Virus record (IMG/VR): IMGVR_UViG_3300031132_000002
DNA from: a virus
Strand: one strand, 5' to 3'
Length of the DNA: 64,000 bases
Shown here: one piece after another, positions 46,406 to 55,479 of the stretch
How the letters are laid out: each line of letters starts with the position of its first letter
How positions within the stretch are numbered: the first letter of the stretch is position 1
The notes under the pieces: model-generated
Database searches by the model: none
The model's input: the letters and a program-made list of their open reading frames with translations, nothing else
What the model was told of the DNA's origin: nothing
Made by a program: the position numbers and the translations under genes

Positions 46406-46493
46406 CACAAAAAGATAAAACAAAATAACTCAGTTTGCTATTATGTATCACAGAAGGCGCGGCAATGGTGCGGCGCTAACTGAGACAAACAAA

Positions 46494-46970
46494 ATGAAAA
46501 ACTTCTTCTGTGTGGGCCAAAAAGTCATTGTTCTGGAAACTCGCAAAATTGCAACTGTTGAAACTCTCTCTGAAAATGGGTTAGGGCTTGATAACGGTCA
46601 ACTATTTTTCTTAGACGAAGTGCAGCCGCTGGAAGAGTATCAAGATCCAACCAACTATTTTTATCATCATTCCCGTTTTGCTACTGGTCAAGAAATGGCA
46701 AATAATGGTTTTCGTGATTTGATGTTCGTCCTAGAAGAAAGAGACGCGCTAGCAGAATTTGAAAAAGAAAACAATAAGTCATTACCGAGATTTCACGACT
46801 TTTTGAACAAAAGAGAAAAAGAAGCAGCAGACAAGATCCAGCGCGGTTTAGTGATTCAGCGAACGGCAGAATATAACCTTAATCAGTGGGGAAGCGGCAG
46901 ATATGGTAAAGTTATGGCGCAACATATGCCATTCTTAAACCCAGAAGATTGCAAAGACTATATTAAATAG
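46494..46970 (+). CDS. Hypothetical protein
   Basis: Start re-called at MKNFFC after hairpin leader. Confidence 0.6.
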   Translation: MKNFFCVGQKVIVLETRKIATVETLSENGLGLDNGQLFFLDEVQPLEEYQDPTNYFYHHSRFATGQEMANNGFRDLMFVLEERDALAEFEKENNKSLPRFHDFLNKREKEAADKIQRGLVIQRTAEYNLNQWGSGRYGKVMAQHMPFLNPEDCKDYIK

Positions 46971-47131
46971 CACAAATTGATAAAACAGCCCTGCGAAAGT
47001 GGGGCATAATAGCCTTACTGAAACAGACAACGGAAAGAAACAAAAATGAACAACTTACACGGCGTTATGATTTTAGGTATTATCGGCTTTATGTTTTCAA
47101 TCGCTGCAATCGTTGCTTAAGGATAAATAAA

Positions 47132-47479
47132 ATGATTCGTTTTAAACTGAAAGATGCAAAAGATAAAGCCCGTGAAGATATGGCAAATATCCGTGACTAT
47201 GGTCATCCGTCTTACTCTCATTTTAATTCTGTGTTGTCTGTTTGTAAACGTTATGAGTTGTGCTACACTATTGCACCAGGCCCGATGAATCTGCGAAGCG
47301 GCAAGAGTGCTTATCGTGTTGAAGATTTAACGCTGGTTCACTTTCCCGAAGGTGTAGACCCTGAGACTGACGAGGGATCACAGATGGGGGATGTAGTCGC
47401 CTCTGAAGAGTATAGAATCTGTCATACAAAGGCAGATGTTTGGGAAGTTATTACAGAGATTTACAAGGATTACGAATAA
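47132..47479 (+). CDS. Hypothetical protein
   Basis: SD AAGGA. Confidence 0.6.
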   Translation: MIRFKLKDAKDKAREDMANIRDYGHPSYSHFNSVLSVCKRYELCYTIAPGPMNLRSGKSAYRVEDLTLVHFPEGVDPETDEGSQMGDVVASEEYRICHTKADVWEVITEIYKDYE

Positions 47480-47525
47480 TAGTAGAAAGGGCTGGCAATC
47501 GCTGGCCTTTTTTGTTATCTTACTT

Positions 47526-47600
47526 ACAGCGGCAACGATGGACACCGGAGGAAACACACTGGAGATACCTGTTATTCTGGTAATGAGAATAGTTCCACAA
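47526..47600 (+). ncRNA. Candidate GGA-rich small RNA
   Basis: Promoter TGGCAA-17-TATCTT overlapping upstream terminator; four GGA motifs in about 30 nt; 3' hairpin TATTCT...AGAATA. Confidence 0.3.
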
Positions 47601-47846
47601 TCTTTACAAAACAATAGTGGATCTTAAAGCTGGTTATGCTATTATATACGGACTGAGGCAATAGAGCCTAAACAAAGACAGGAATCAGAAAATGCGCTTT
47701 TCATTCATCATCGCTATTATTGCTTTCGTCTGCTCAATGATTTTTAAAGATCCTTTGACCGAAAACGCTGGTAGTTTGGTGCTGTTTATGGTATCGTTGC
47801 TTTCTGGTTTTATTGGTCTGATTAATTCGTGTGCGGAGTGTGATTA

Positions 47847-48107
47847 ATGTTAGCTTATACCTTTGAAGAAGCAAAGAAAGTTAAAGCACAATTAGAAGAA
47901 GATTGCAAGTTGCTAGGATCTGCCTTTGATAAATATCCACGCGGTGCAATGGGATTAACGCCGGATCACATCAAAGTAACGCCGGAGTATCAGACAGAGA
48001 AAAAGCTATATAACATCGCTTTCACTCAGTTGCAGAACTTTAATAAAGTGTATGTTAAGCAGTTCAAAAAAGAAATAGCAAAAGAAAGAGCAAATAGATT
48101 TAAATAA
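47847..48107 (+). CDS. Hypothetical protein
   Basis: GAMGLTPDHIK..LQNFN. Confidence 0.65.
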   Translation: MLAYTFEEAKKVKAQLEEDCKLLGSAFDKYPRGAMGLTPDHIKVTPEYQTEKKLYNIAFTQLQNFNKVYVKQFKKEIAKERANRFK

Positions 48108-48186
48108 GTGTTGATCGTGTCGCTCACTATGATATGATGTTTATCAGAAGGGCGGCAATACTGCTAACCACTAAGGAAAAAGCAAA

Positions 48187-48375
48187 ATGCGTAAACTAGG
48201 AATCCTCCGCGCAATGTCTATTAAAGCTGGCGACTTAATCAAGATTCACGGCTATTGCACTGTAGTTAAAGAGGCTAAAACCCTTCCTTGTGGTTACATC
48301 TGGCTTGAAACAGAAATGTTTACGGGTGGCGAGTACTTCCCTACTGATCCAATCGGTATCTATAGCCGTTATTGA
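48187..48375 (+). CDS. Small beta protein, paralog of 48453
   Basis: RAMSIKAGDLI; leader ACCACTAAGGAAAA. Confidence 0.6.
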   Translation: MRKLGILRAMSIKAGDLIKIHGYCTVVKEAKTLPCGYIWLETEMFTGGEYFPTDPIGIYSRY

Positions 48376-48452
48376 TAATGTTTAGTGTTACCGCTTGCAA
48401 TCGCTAGGCGGTAATGATAAGCTGTTATCTTTCTACCACTAAGGAAAACAAA

Positions 48453-48659
48453 ATGAAAGCACGTATGATTAAGGCTGAATGTATCCAAGCGGGTGATCGC
48501 CTGGCGCGTGAAAACTGTTTCGGTGAGCAATATTCATTGCTGATCACAGAAGTTGATCACGGCGATTATATGTCAATTCATTACATTACTGATGAAGGTT
48601 GTGAGATGGTAACGCATCATTTCAGCGATGAAATAATTTTGATTGAAGATGATCGTTAA
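48453..48659 (+). CDS. Small beta protein, paralog of 48187
   Basis: KAECIQAGDRL; leader ACCACTAAGGAAAA. Confidence 0.6.
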   Translation: MKARMIKAECIQAGDRLARENCFGEQYSLLITEVDHGDYMSIHYITDEGCEMVTHHFSDEIILIEDDR

Positions 48660-48901
48660 TGGGCGCTAATCGTCACAATGCGTTTAACCCTCTTAAAGGC
48701 TATCCAATATCCCGCCGTTTCGGTATTTGCAATAAACTGGTAAATGATAACGATTTCGATTATCTTTGTCTACTGGCTCGATATCATCTAACTAAGAAGC
48801 ATTGCCAGAAAGGAAAGGTAGAGCATTTGGCGCATATGTCAAGCCTCAAAGCAATAAAAGATCATTTAGATGTAGCTCAAAAGAATTTCAAACATTCTTG
48901 A
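48659..48901 (+). CDS. Hypothetical protein
   Basis: TAATG coupling. Confidence 0.5.
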   Translation: MGANRHNAFNPLKGYPISRRFGICNKLVNDNDFDYLCLLARYHLTKKHCQKGKVEHLAHMSSLKAIKDHLDVAQKNFKHS

Positions 48902-48990
48902 TCAAAGTGTTGCCTTTAATCCTCGTTATGTTATTATATCTGTGTTGGGCGGCAATGGTGCCAGCCCTCACAAGATTAAGGCAATCGACA

Positions 48991-49344
48991 ATGAAAACTA
49001 TCAACGTAAACGCTACTGTAAAAACTCCTGGTGATGTGGATCACGTTTGGGGTTTAGTTGTTGAGCGCGAGGATTTGATCGCGTGTATGACGCCAGAAGG
49101 CCCGAGCGATGATTTTTCTTGTTCGATTCACTTGCATAATTGGTTCACTGGTGAGCATTATGTTTTAAACTCTCTTATCATCGGCAAGATTCATTGTGAA
49201 GATTTTGAGGATAAAGCTACAGGCTATTGCGACACAGTGACTTATTATAAAAATTCTTTCAACACTGCAAGCGACTTGATCGAGAAGATGAAAGCAAAAG
49301 GCGTTATTAATCTGACTCACTGGAAAGAAGCAAAGAAAGATTAA
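48991..49344 (+). CDS. Hypothetical early protein
   Basis: Start re-called at MKTINV; own promoter. Confidence 0.65.
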   Translation: MKTINVNATVKTPGDVDHVWGLVVEREDLIACMTPEGPSDDFSCSIHLHNWFTGEHYVLNSLIIGKIHCEDFEDKATGYCDTVTYYKNSFNTASDLIEKMKAKGVINLTHWKEAKKD

Positions 49345-49410
49345 ATAATGCTTGCCCTCGAAAGGGGGCAATGTTACTATCTTATTTCACCCATCAAAGA
49401 GTAAAACAAA

Positions 49411-49605
49411 ATGCAAGAATCTATCTCAATCTCTCACACTGGCTTAGAAATCGTATCAGGTAAGTATTACGCCTATCATAATCTCGGACAATTCGAAATA
49501 ACTCACGCACAAAAGCTGAATCTTGATTGGGATCTCCGCACAGGTTCGATCACTATGTCAATGAAAGATCATAACGCTATGACCTGCGAGAAAATCATTT
49601 ATTGA
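49411..49605 (+). CDS. Hypothetical protein
   Basis: Promoter TTGCCC-17-TACTAT. Confidence 0.55.
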   Translation: MQESISISHTGLEIVSGKYYAYHNLGQFEITHAQKLNLDWDLRTGSITMSMKDHNAMTCEKIIY

Positions 49606-49667
49606 TAATGCTTGCCCCGAAAGGGGCAATAGTGCATAATAGGTTTTTGGCTCAAATGGTGTAACAA

Positions 49668-49931
49668 ATGAAAGCAATTATTAAGACATTATCAAAGACT
49701 AGCCTTATCAAGGCTTGTTTGTTCTCTGTAGTTTGTGCTTACGTGTCAAACGTTGCATTCAACGTAACAGGCGAAATGATGTTTAATAGTGAAAGCGTGA
49801 ACATCACAAACAACGTGATCGACGCTTTACAGTTGCTTTCCTTTGTGATCATTCAGTGGATGCGGTACAAGCGTTTCACCCGCTATGATCTTCCTTTCAT
49901 CATTGGCGGTTCTTTTGCTCTTCTTTCATAG
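49668..49931 (+). CDS. Small membrane protein
   Basis: Promoter TTGCCC-17-CATAAT; hydrophobic segments. Confidence 0.55.
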   Translation: MKAIIKTLSKTSLIKACLFSVVCAYVSNVAFNVTGEMMFNSESVNITNNVIDALQLLSFVIIQWMRYKRFTRYDLPFIIGGSFALLS

Positions 49932-49939
49932 GTGATAAA

Positions 49940-50137
49940 ATGAATAACACTGTTAGCGGTTTTACTTGGCACGGTAAACTAACCCTGAAAAGGAAAAAAG
50001 AGCAATTAGCATATGATAAGAAGCGTTATCAAGCATTGCAGGATCAAGATACCTGGACGCCTAAGCAGGTTAATGTAATGTTAGCGCTAAAAGTTAGCAT
50101 TCCTAAGCTAGAAAGATCAATTAAAGCGTGGAAATAA
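49940..50137 (+). CDS. Hypothetical protein
   Basis: SD AGGTG. Confidence 0.5.
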   Translation: MNNTVSGFTWHGKLTLKRKKEQLAYDKKRYQALQDQDTWTPKQVNVMLALKVSIPKLERSIKAWK

Positions 50138-50297
50138 TGAGAGTAAAAATAATCACTAATCGTTATCGTCGCAAAGTTGATTACACTCTGAAAATAATGT
50201 CAGGTTATCGGGTGAATCAGGCTGTAGAGAATTGCAGATTTGACACGAAAGAGCAAGCGCTTTCCTGGTGTGAAACAATCGGCTATGAGGTGATAGA

Positions 50298-50483
50298 ATG
50301 AAACAAGGAAACTACCCGAATTCACATATCTTGCACAAAGCATTAAGAGACCTTGAAACAGCTATAGCAATGGAAGGCAATATAGAGTATTTGCGCGATC
50401 TCCCTTGCAAGCGGTCTGGCGCTTTAGGTTTTACGATGGATGTTAGCGCGTTTATTGATGCAATAGAAGGCGAAAGAAAATGA
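50298..50483 (+). CDS. Hypothetical protein
   Basis: SD GAGGTG. Confidence 0.5.
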   Translation: MKQGNYPNSHILHKALRDLETAIAMEGNIEYLRDLPCKRSGALGFTMDVSAFIDAIEGERK

Positions 50484-50773
50484 TCCGTTTTTGTCACGTA
50501 TTAAAAACAAAAGTTTTCCAGGTTAGCACTTTTCAGGTGTTTTTCTCTAAGCGCGGTTATTGGTCTGCAAATGCATCAGCAGGCAATATGCCAGGGCGTG
50601 ACAATGGCACTGTATACGCACAAGGCGAGACAGTAGCGCAAGCCCTATCACAGCTAGATGATAAGCTACAAGCCCGCCGGGATTTCTTTCAACAGAAGAT
50701 AAACGAGATTGACAACGCCTTGTTTGATGTTCGCACATTGGGCTATAAGGCTGGAGCACTCGAAAAAGAATAA
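50480..50773 (+). CDS. Hypothetical protein
   Basis: ATGA coupling. Confidence 0.55.
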   Translation: MIRFCHVLKTKVFQVSTFQVFFSKRGYWSANASAGNMPGRDNGTVYAQGETVAQALSQLDDKLQARRDFFQQKINEIDNALFDVRTLGYKAGALEKE

Positions 50774-50873
50774 CGATTAGTTGATCAAAACACTTGCCCC
50801 GAAAGGGGCTTTTGTCGTATAATCTTTTCATCGGGGAGCAATACAGCAACCCACAAACAAAAAGGGTTTTATT

Positions 50874-51275
50874 ATGTTCGCTATTACCACCTTTAACGAT
50901 GTTATCACTATCGCGGAAACTTTTGGTGCGGCTGCTCTGACTCACGCAATCAGCAACAGAACATTAACCCAAGATCAAACAACCCTGATTCACGATTGTT
51001 ACGCCTGGGCTGTTCGCACTGACATTATGATCGAAAGTGTGAATGATGGAAACATAGAGTATGAAGTAAACGCGCTTTTCTTGTCTGAGAACGTTGCAGG
51101 AGTAATGATCACCCCACTGGATAACATCCTAATTATTCGTGAAGGGTTCGGCGCTTATCGCGTCAATGTTCGGGAAGCAATGGATCGCAACTACATCACA
51201 AAGCAGAATTTAGAAGCAATCCTAAAAGTGATTGAACGCAGAAATAAGGCTTGTAAAGCGTTTGGCTTTATGTAA
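50874..51275 (+). CDS. Hypothetical protein, last gene of the island
   Basis: Promoter TTGCCC-18-TATAAT. Confidence 0.65.
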   Translation: MFAITTFNDVITIAETFGAAALTHAISNRTLTQDQTTLIHDCYAWAVRTDIMIESVNDGNIEYEVNALFLSENVAGVMITPLDNILIIREGFGAYRVNVREAMDRNYITKQNLEAILKVIERRNKACKAFGFM

Positions 51276-51291
51276 GCAAACCAAAAAACAC

Positions 51292-51318
51292 AAAGGGGCT
51301 GAAAAGCCCTTTTATTTT
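51292..51318 (+). terminator. Intrinsic terminator
   Basis: AAAGGGGCT-GAAA-AGCCCTTTTATTTT. Confidence 0.8.
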
Positions 51319-51319
51319 G

Positions 51320-52770
51320 TCTGCGAGTTTCCAATAGATTTTACCTATCAATAACCGTCATAGTGTATTTATGCAAAAACTGCTTAAACGGTGAATCTCT
51401 CTCAATCCATATCAACACACAGCTAACAGTAAAAGCCTCTTAGAATGCGTTACAAGAAGCCTAGCAGGTGCAATGATCTATCATTTCCCACATATCCAAC
51501 GAGATAACAAACATTAATGCATCTTAACGACTAATTATGCATAATAGTGAATAAGTGATAATAACTATCAACTAACAACACTAACAGAAGGATAATCACA
51601 ATGTGAGATAGTAACACAATACAACAATAACCAACATAATGATAATCTATCTTATTGATAACTAAGTAATAATAACTACACGTTACTATGTGCATTGACA
51701 CTATTCAAAGTGAGATAATAACTTTCGGGAATGATTACACTAGTTTACAATCAATCAACAACCTAAACACACTAGAAAATGTGTTATGTCGTTAATGTTT
51801 CATAACGAAATCATTTCGGGAAGAATCATTGCGAAGCGTTATCATTTTCGGGAAAGATAATTTCACAGTGTCATTATTGGGCGTGAGGCTTCCACCTTAC
51901 GCACAATATAATAACGGAACTAAACCACTCTCAAAAAGCTCTCGCTTTCTTCGGTGTCTTCGTGGGAACCGGAAAACGTTCCTACCGAAACGTTATCGTT
52001 TCTTTCCGTTATTATATTGTTGTGTTTACACAGCCTCATTGACAATCATCATAACATCAATCATCACTCAAAGAGACAATAACACAACGTTATTATTGTT
52101 TATTTAATAATCAACACAGTTACTTTTGCGGACGAAAACAACGTTAGTTGTTGAGCGTCTACAAGAGACTTGTAGAATGATCTTGCGGCGAGAAGCATAC
52201 CCCGATTAGGGGTAAATGCTGAGCGTCTATCTGTAAAAGTGTGCGTTTTTTGAGATCCCGAATAAATTGCACTTTTCAGCGGTTTGTGGTAGTGAACGCT
52301 GCGCTGTTGTCAGGTGAATACTGGTTGATTAGTGAACGATTCGAGCTTGAAAGTGGTATATGGTATTCTCCACTCTCTAAGTTATTGATTAATAAAGAAA
52401 TGATAGTATTTTCGGGAAGATGGGACGATAGCACAAAATGATCATATACTTCTTCCTGATATTGTGATATAATTTCTAAGCTATTGAATCTATTGTGATA
52501 TTTGAACGGCTTGAAATCTGAAAATGAGGCGGGGGCAAAATTCCGCGTTAGGCAGTCTGTCTGTTTTCTCGATACTTTTCGGGGCAATTTATAGGCAATG
52601 AGGGCGTCAAAATTTTCGGGGTAGGGGCGGGAAATATTATGGCTAAATACTGGTTTATTAATAGGGAAAATCTATTGAAATACCCCTTGATATTTTCTTC
52701 GGGAAGTATACCATAGGGGCCACGTCAAAATATTCGGGACTGTACGGAAAATTGTACACATACAGATCTA
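51320..52770. other. 1.45-kb non-coding repeat and palindrome block
   Basis: No credible gene; 17-bp perfect IR 51903-51919/52004-52020; about eight TTCGGG; CGTCAAAATWTTCGGG twice; TGAGCGTCTA twice. Confidence 0.7.
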
Positions 52771-52822
52771 ACGGATGCAACAAGAGAGGCACAAAGTGCC
52801 GAACGTTAAGAGGAGCGAAGCG

Positions 52823-53089
52823 ATGGTAGGATATGAACACATTCGAAAATTACTTCCAGCAGAAAGAGAAGCACTGGAGAAAGAGAAGTCTGATATGGTG
52901 GAGAGACGCCAAGTAGCAATCAACCACTGTAACAACCTAGATAAACATCCAGATCCTTGTTGGTGTTGGGAAGCAGAGGTGACAGCTTATGACCACGATA
53001 TCTGGGTGGTAGAGAAAGCTTTGGAATGGAACATTTCAGAGCAAGACGCTTACAACCTCATTCTGATAAACTTTCGGGAAAAAGAGTGA
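52823..53089 (+). CDS. Hypothetical protein
   Basis: SD GAGGAG. Confidence 0.55.
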   Translation: MVGYEHIRKLLPAEREALEKEKSDMVERRQVAINHCNNLDKHPDPCWCWEAEVTAYDHDIWVVEKALEWNISEQDAYNLILINFREKE

Positions 53090-53178
53090 AGGTAGTATTA
53101 AACGGATGCAACAAGCGTAGCGGGAAGAGGCAAAGCCTCCCGCAAAGCGTTACTAAGGCGAAGCCTTGAGGAGGAACG

Positions 53179-53424
53179 ATGACTAACACAGTAACAAGTG
53201 ATAACAATTTGGTAAAGAAAGGTGAGGTGTTGATCTGCGATGGAGCAGTGTTCTTTGGCTTCACCGAAGGTAAGGAGTATACAGTTCTAGCCGGAGGCGG
53301 TGATCAGGATTTCGTCTGCGGAGGTGAAGTGTATTCAGATGGATTTATTGTCAAAGATGATGAGGGCGATGCTGTCTACTTGGTGTATCCTTACTGTACT
53401 GATTTTGTTTGGAGAAAGAAATGA
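53179..53424 (+). CDS. Hypothetical protein (FTEGxxY module)
   Basis: GFTEGKEYTV; SD GAGGAGG. Confidence 0.6.
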   Translation: MTNTVTSDNNLVKKGEVLICDGAVFFGFTEGKEYTVLAGGGDQDFVCGGEVYSDGFIVKDDEGDAVYLVYPYCTDFVWRKK

Positions 53425-53669
53425 AACATTATTTTCTGTGTGTTATTGAATGGCAGAGCGGTACTGAATCTCGTTGGGTGGAAATCCTAGATAATGACCA
53501 GAGTCCTGTTGAGGCACTGGTTTGTATGGAATCCAGGATGAAAGCGCAGTATAAATTCCAGACGGGAAAATTGATCGTACTACCTATTACCAAAGACGGA
53601 GCGGAGTTTGTCGAAGAGAAGCCGTCACACTACGTCCCTTGCGTAGGACGGAGGATTTGCAAATGTTGA
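53421..53669 (+). CDS. Hypothetical protein
   Basis: ATGA coupling. Confidence 0.55.
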   Translation: MKHYFLCVIEWQSGTESRWVEILDNDQSPVEALVCMESRMKAQYKFQTGKLIVLPITKDGAEFVEEKPSHYVPCVGRRICKC

Positions 53670-53872
53670 CAAAAGAGGAGATGTTTGATTTCATCGTCAA
53701 CAACCAGGTGAGCATTTCTCGTGAGAAAATGGCTTGGACAAAGCACGATGATGATGGTAATATCATTGACAGATTCATCGTTGATACGTATGTTTGCATT
53801 AACGGCTGGAGTTTGGGTGGTATGGGATTAGCTGAGGCCATTCAATACTACGTTGACAATAAAGAGTTTTAG
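53663..53872 (+). CDS. Hypothetical protein
   Basis: SD GGAGG. Confidence 0.55.
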   Translation: MLTKEEMFDFIVNNQVSISREKMAWTKHDDDGNIIDRFIVDTYVCINGWSLGGMGLAEAIQYYVDNKEF

Positions 53873-53880
53873 GAGGATAT

Positions 53881-54516
53881 GTGATTAATTTCTTAAAAGG
53901 GTTGAACGATAGTACCACTAAGCCTATCCCTGCCGAGGATAAATCTCAGTTTGACTCTGAGATGTTGTCCAGGATCAAGGAAGGTATTGTGAATGGTTCG
54001 GTAGAGGTAGCAAGAGTACGCACGGACTCTGTATTGGACAGCCGAAGAATTTGTTATGGTCTGATTATTGGTGATGTTAAGCTAGAAATAGTTCGTACTC
54101 AGTATTCGATCTATGATCGGGAGAGTGACGCTCGTTATTCTAGTTCTCCATCCTCTCTTACTGCCACAGAGTGTGCTAATCTCTTCTCTTTCATCTTTAA
54201 AGTGGAAGAACAAAAACGAGAGCGAGAGTCAATTATTGCCAAAGCAGCCTCAGAGTCTGCCTATCAACGTGACAGAGATAAGCTGATTTCTCAGGTTTAT
54301 GCTTTACCTTGTCGATCAACTGGTGTAGAGTGTACTCCAGAAGCAGCAGAGATATTTAAAAAGCGGTTTTCTGTATTGGTTGATGCTGTTAAAAACGATG
54401 ACTTATCTCAAGCATCCTTCCCTCTACTTGGATCAGAGGCTAGGTTACAACTACAGACACAATGTAATACCCTCCAGTGGGTGTTAGAGATGCTAAACAT
54501 TAAAGAGGAGGATTGA
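53881..54516 (+). CDS. Hypothetical protein
   Basis: GTG start with SD AGGAGG, 211 aa. Confidence 0.65.
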   Translation: MINFLKGLNDSTTKPIPAEDKSQFDSEMLSRIKEGIVNGSVEVARVRTDSVLDSRRICYGLIIGDVKLEIVRTQYSIYDRESDARYSSSPSSLTATECANLFSFIFKVEEQKRERESIIAKAASESAYQRDRDKLISQVYALPCRSTGVECTPEAAEIFKKRFSVLVDAVKNDDLSQASFPLLGSEARLQLQTQCNTLQWVLEMLNIKEED

Positions 54517-54517
54517 G

Positions 54518-54799
54518 ATGAAAACTAAAGCTGTTATGGTGGCTGCGGAGTATGGGGATGTGTTCAAAGTGGTTAATCCCATTGGCTGCTACACCGAGAA
54601 CACTCTTCTGGTTATTGGAGAGAGTGTACCTGACAATTACGGTGTTTGCTCTACTCGATACAACCTAATCCCTCAGTCTAACGGTATTGACTCTGTGGTT
54701 ACACTTTCTTTCTTGAAATCCAATCTCGAAGATGGTAACTTACTCTATATTGGAAGTCTGGATGGCGATCCGGTAAAAGGAGAAGAAGATGAAGTATGA
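54518..54799 (+). CDS. Hypothetical protein, paralog of 55204
   Basis: YGDVF..GC..GNLLYIGSLDG. Confidence 0.65.
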   Translation: MKTKAVMVAAEYGDVFKVVNPIGCYTENTLLVIGESVPDNYGVCSTRYNLIPQSNGIDSVVTLSFLKSNLEDGNLLYIGSLDGDPVKGEEDEV

Positions 54800-55193
54800 G
54801 ATCCGTATTGATTACACCACTGGTGATTCCTTTGGTAACGAAGATCGTGACAACGAAGACTTAGGTTTGGTCTTTGATAGCATTGATTTGGTAGAAAAAG
54901 CTTTGGTAGAAATCGAAGAGCACTACCGCTACGCGGAGGAATATGATCGAGCTTGGAATGATCGTATTCATCCTACTGTCACTACAGGACGCCGCTTTAA
55001 ATCTGAGGTTATGAAGGATATTGTAGATAAGCCTTGGCTGTCTGATAAGGATTACTGGCAGTTTTCTATTAAGCTGGAAACGTCCGAAGGTGAACGAACT
55101 CAGATCCATCTGTGCTACATCGGATACTTTGAATCCCTGCGTTGTGCTCGTGCAGTACCTGTTGGCACAAACAAACTTGAAATCCACTTCTAA
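54789..55193 (+). CDS. Hypothetical protein
   Basis: I.YTTGDSFG..GYFESL. Confidence 0.65.
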   Translation: MKYEIRIDYTTGDSFGNEDRDNEDLGLVFDSIDLVEKALVEIEEHYRYAEEYDRAWNDRIHPTVTTGRRFKSEVMKDIVDKPWLSDKDYWQFSIKLETSEGERTQIHLCYIGYFESLRCARAVPVGTNKLEIHF

Positions 55194-55203
55194 GGAGAAA
55201 TAA

Positions 55204-55479
55204 ATGAAGAAGACTGAGACTGTTGTTACCACTACTACTGTTCATATTACCGAAGTACGTTTCGGAGATGTGTTCCAATTCACCAAGCAGAGTGGTTGCC
55301 GTATCCCTGGAGAGATGTTGGTTTTACAGGAAGGTAGCTCAGATGTAGAGGCAACTTTCTTGGCTTGCCTGAGTAAGAACGGTAGCCAATCTAACTTTAC
55401 AAGCCTCCGGCACCTGAATGAAGAAATGAATGCAGGTAATATGATCTACCTGGGTAACATCGACGGGAAGGAGGAGTAA
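55204..55479 (+). CDS. Hypothetical protein, paralog of 54518
   Basis: FGDVF..GC..GNMIYLGNIDG. Confidence 0.65.
   Translation: MKKTETVVTTTTVHITEVRFGDVFQFTKQSGCRIPGEMLVLQEGSSDVEATFLACLSKNGSQSNFTSLRHLNEEMNAGNMIYLGNIDGKEE

Noticed and set aside
39000-51300. Pseudo-ToxI repeat array or tRNA genes
   Set aside because: No 36-nt tandem repeats or cloverleaf signatures found by eye; a tRNAscan/Infernal run would be definitive
51829-52840. ORFs 51829, 52241, 52276 and 52658
   Set aside because: No SD, lie in the palindrome-rich block, atypical composition
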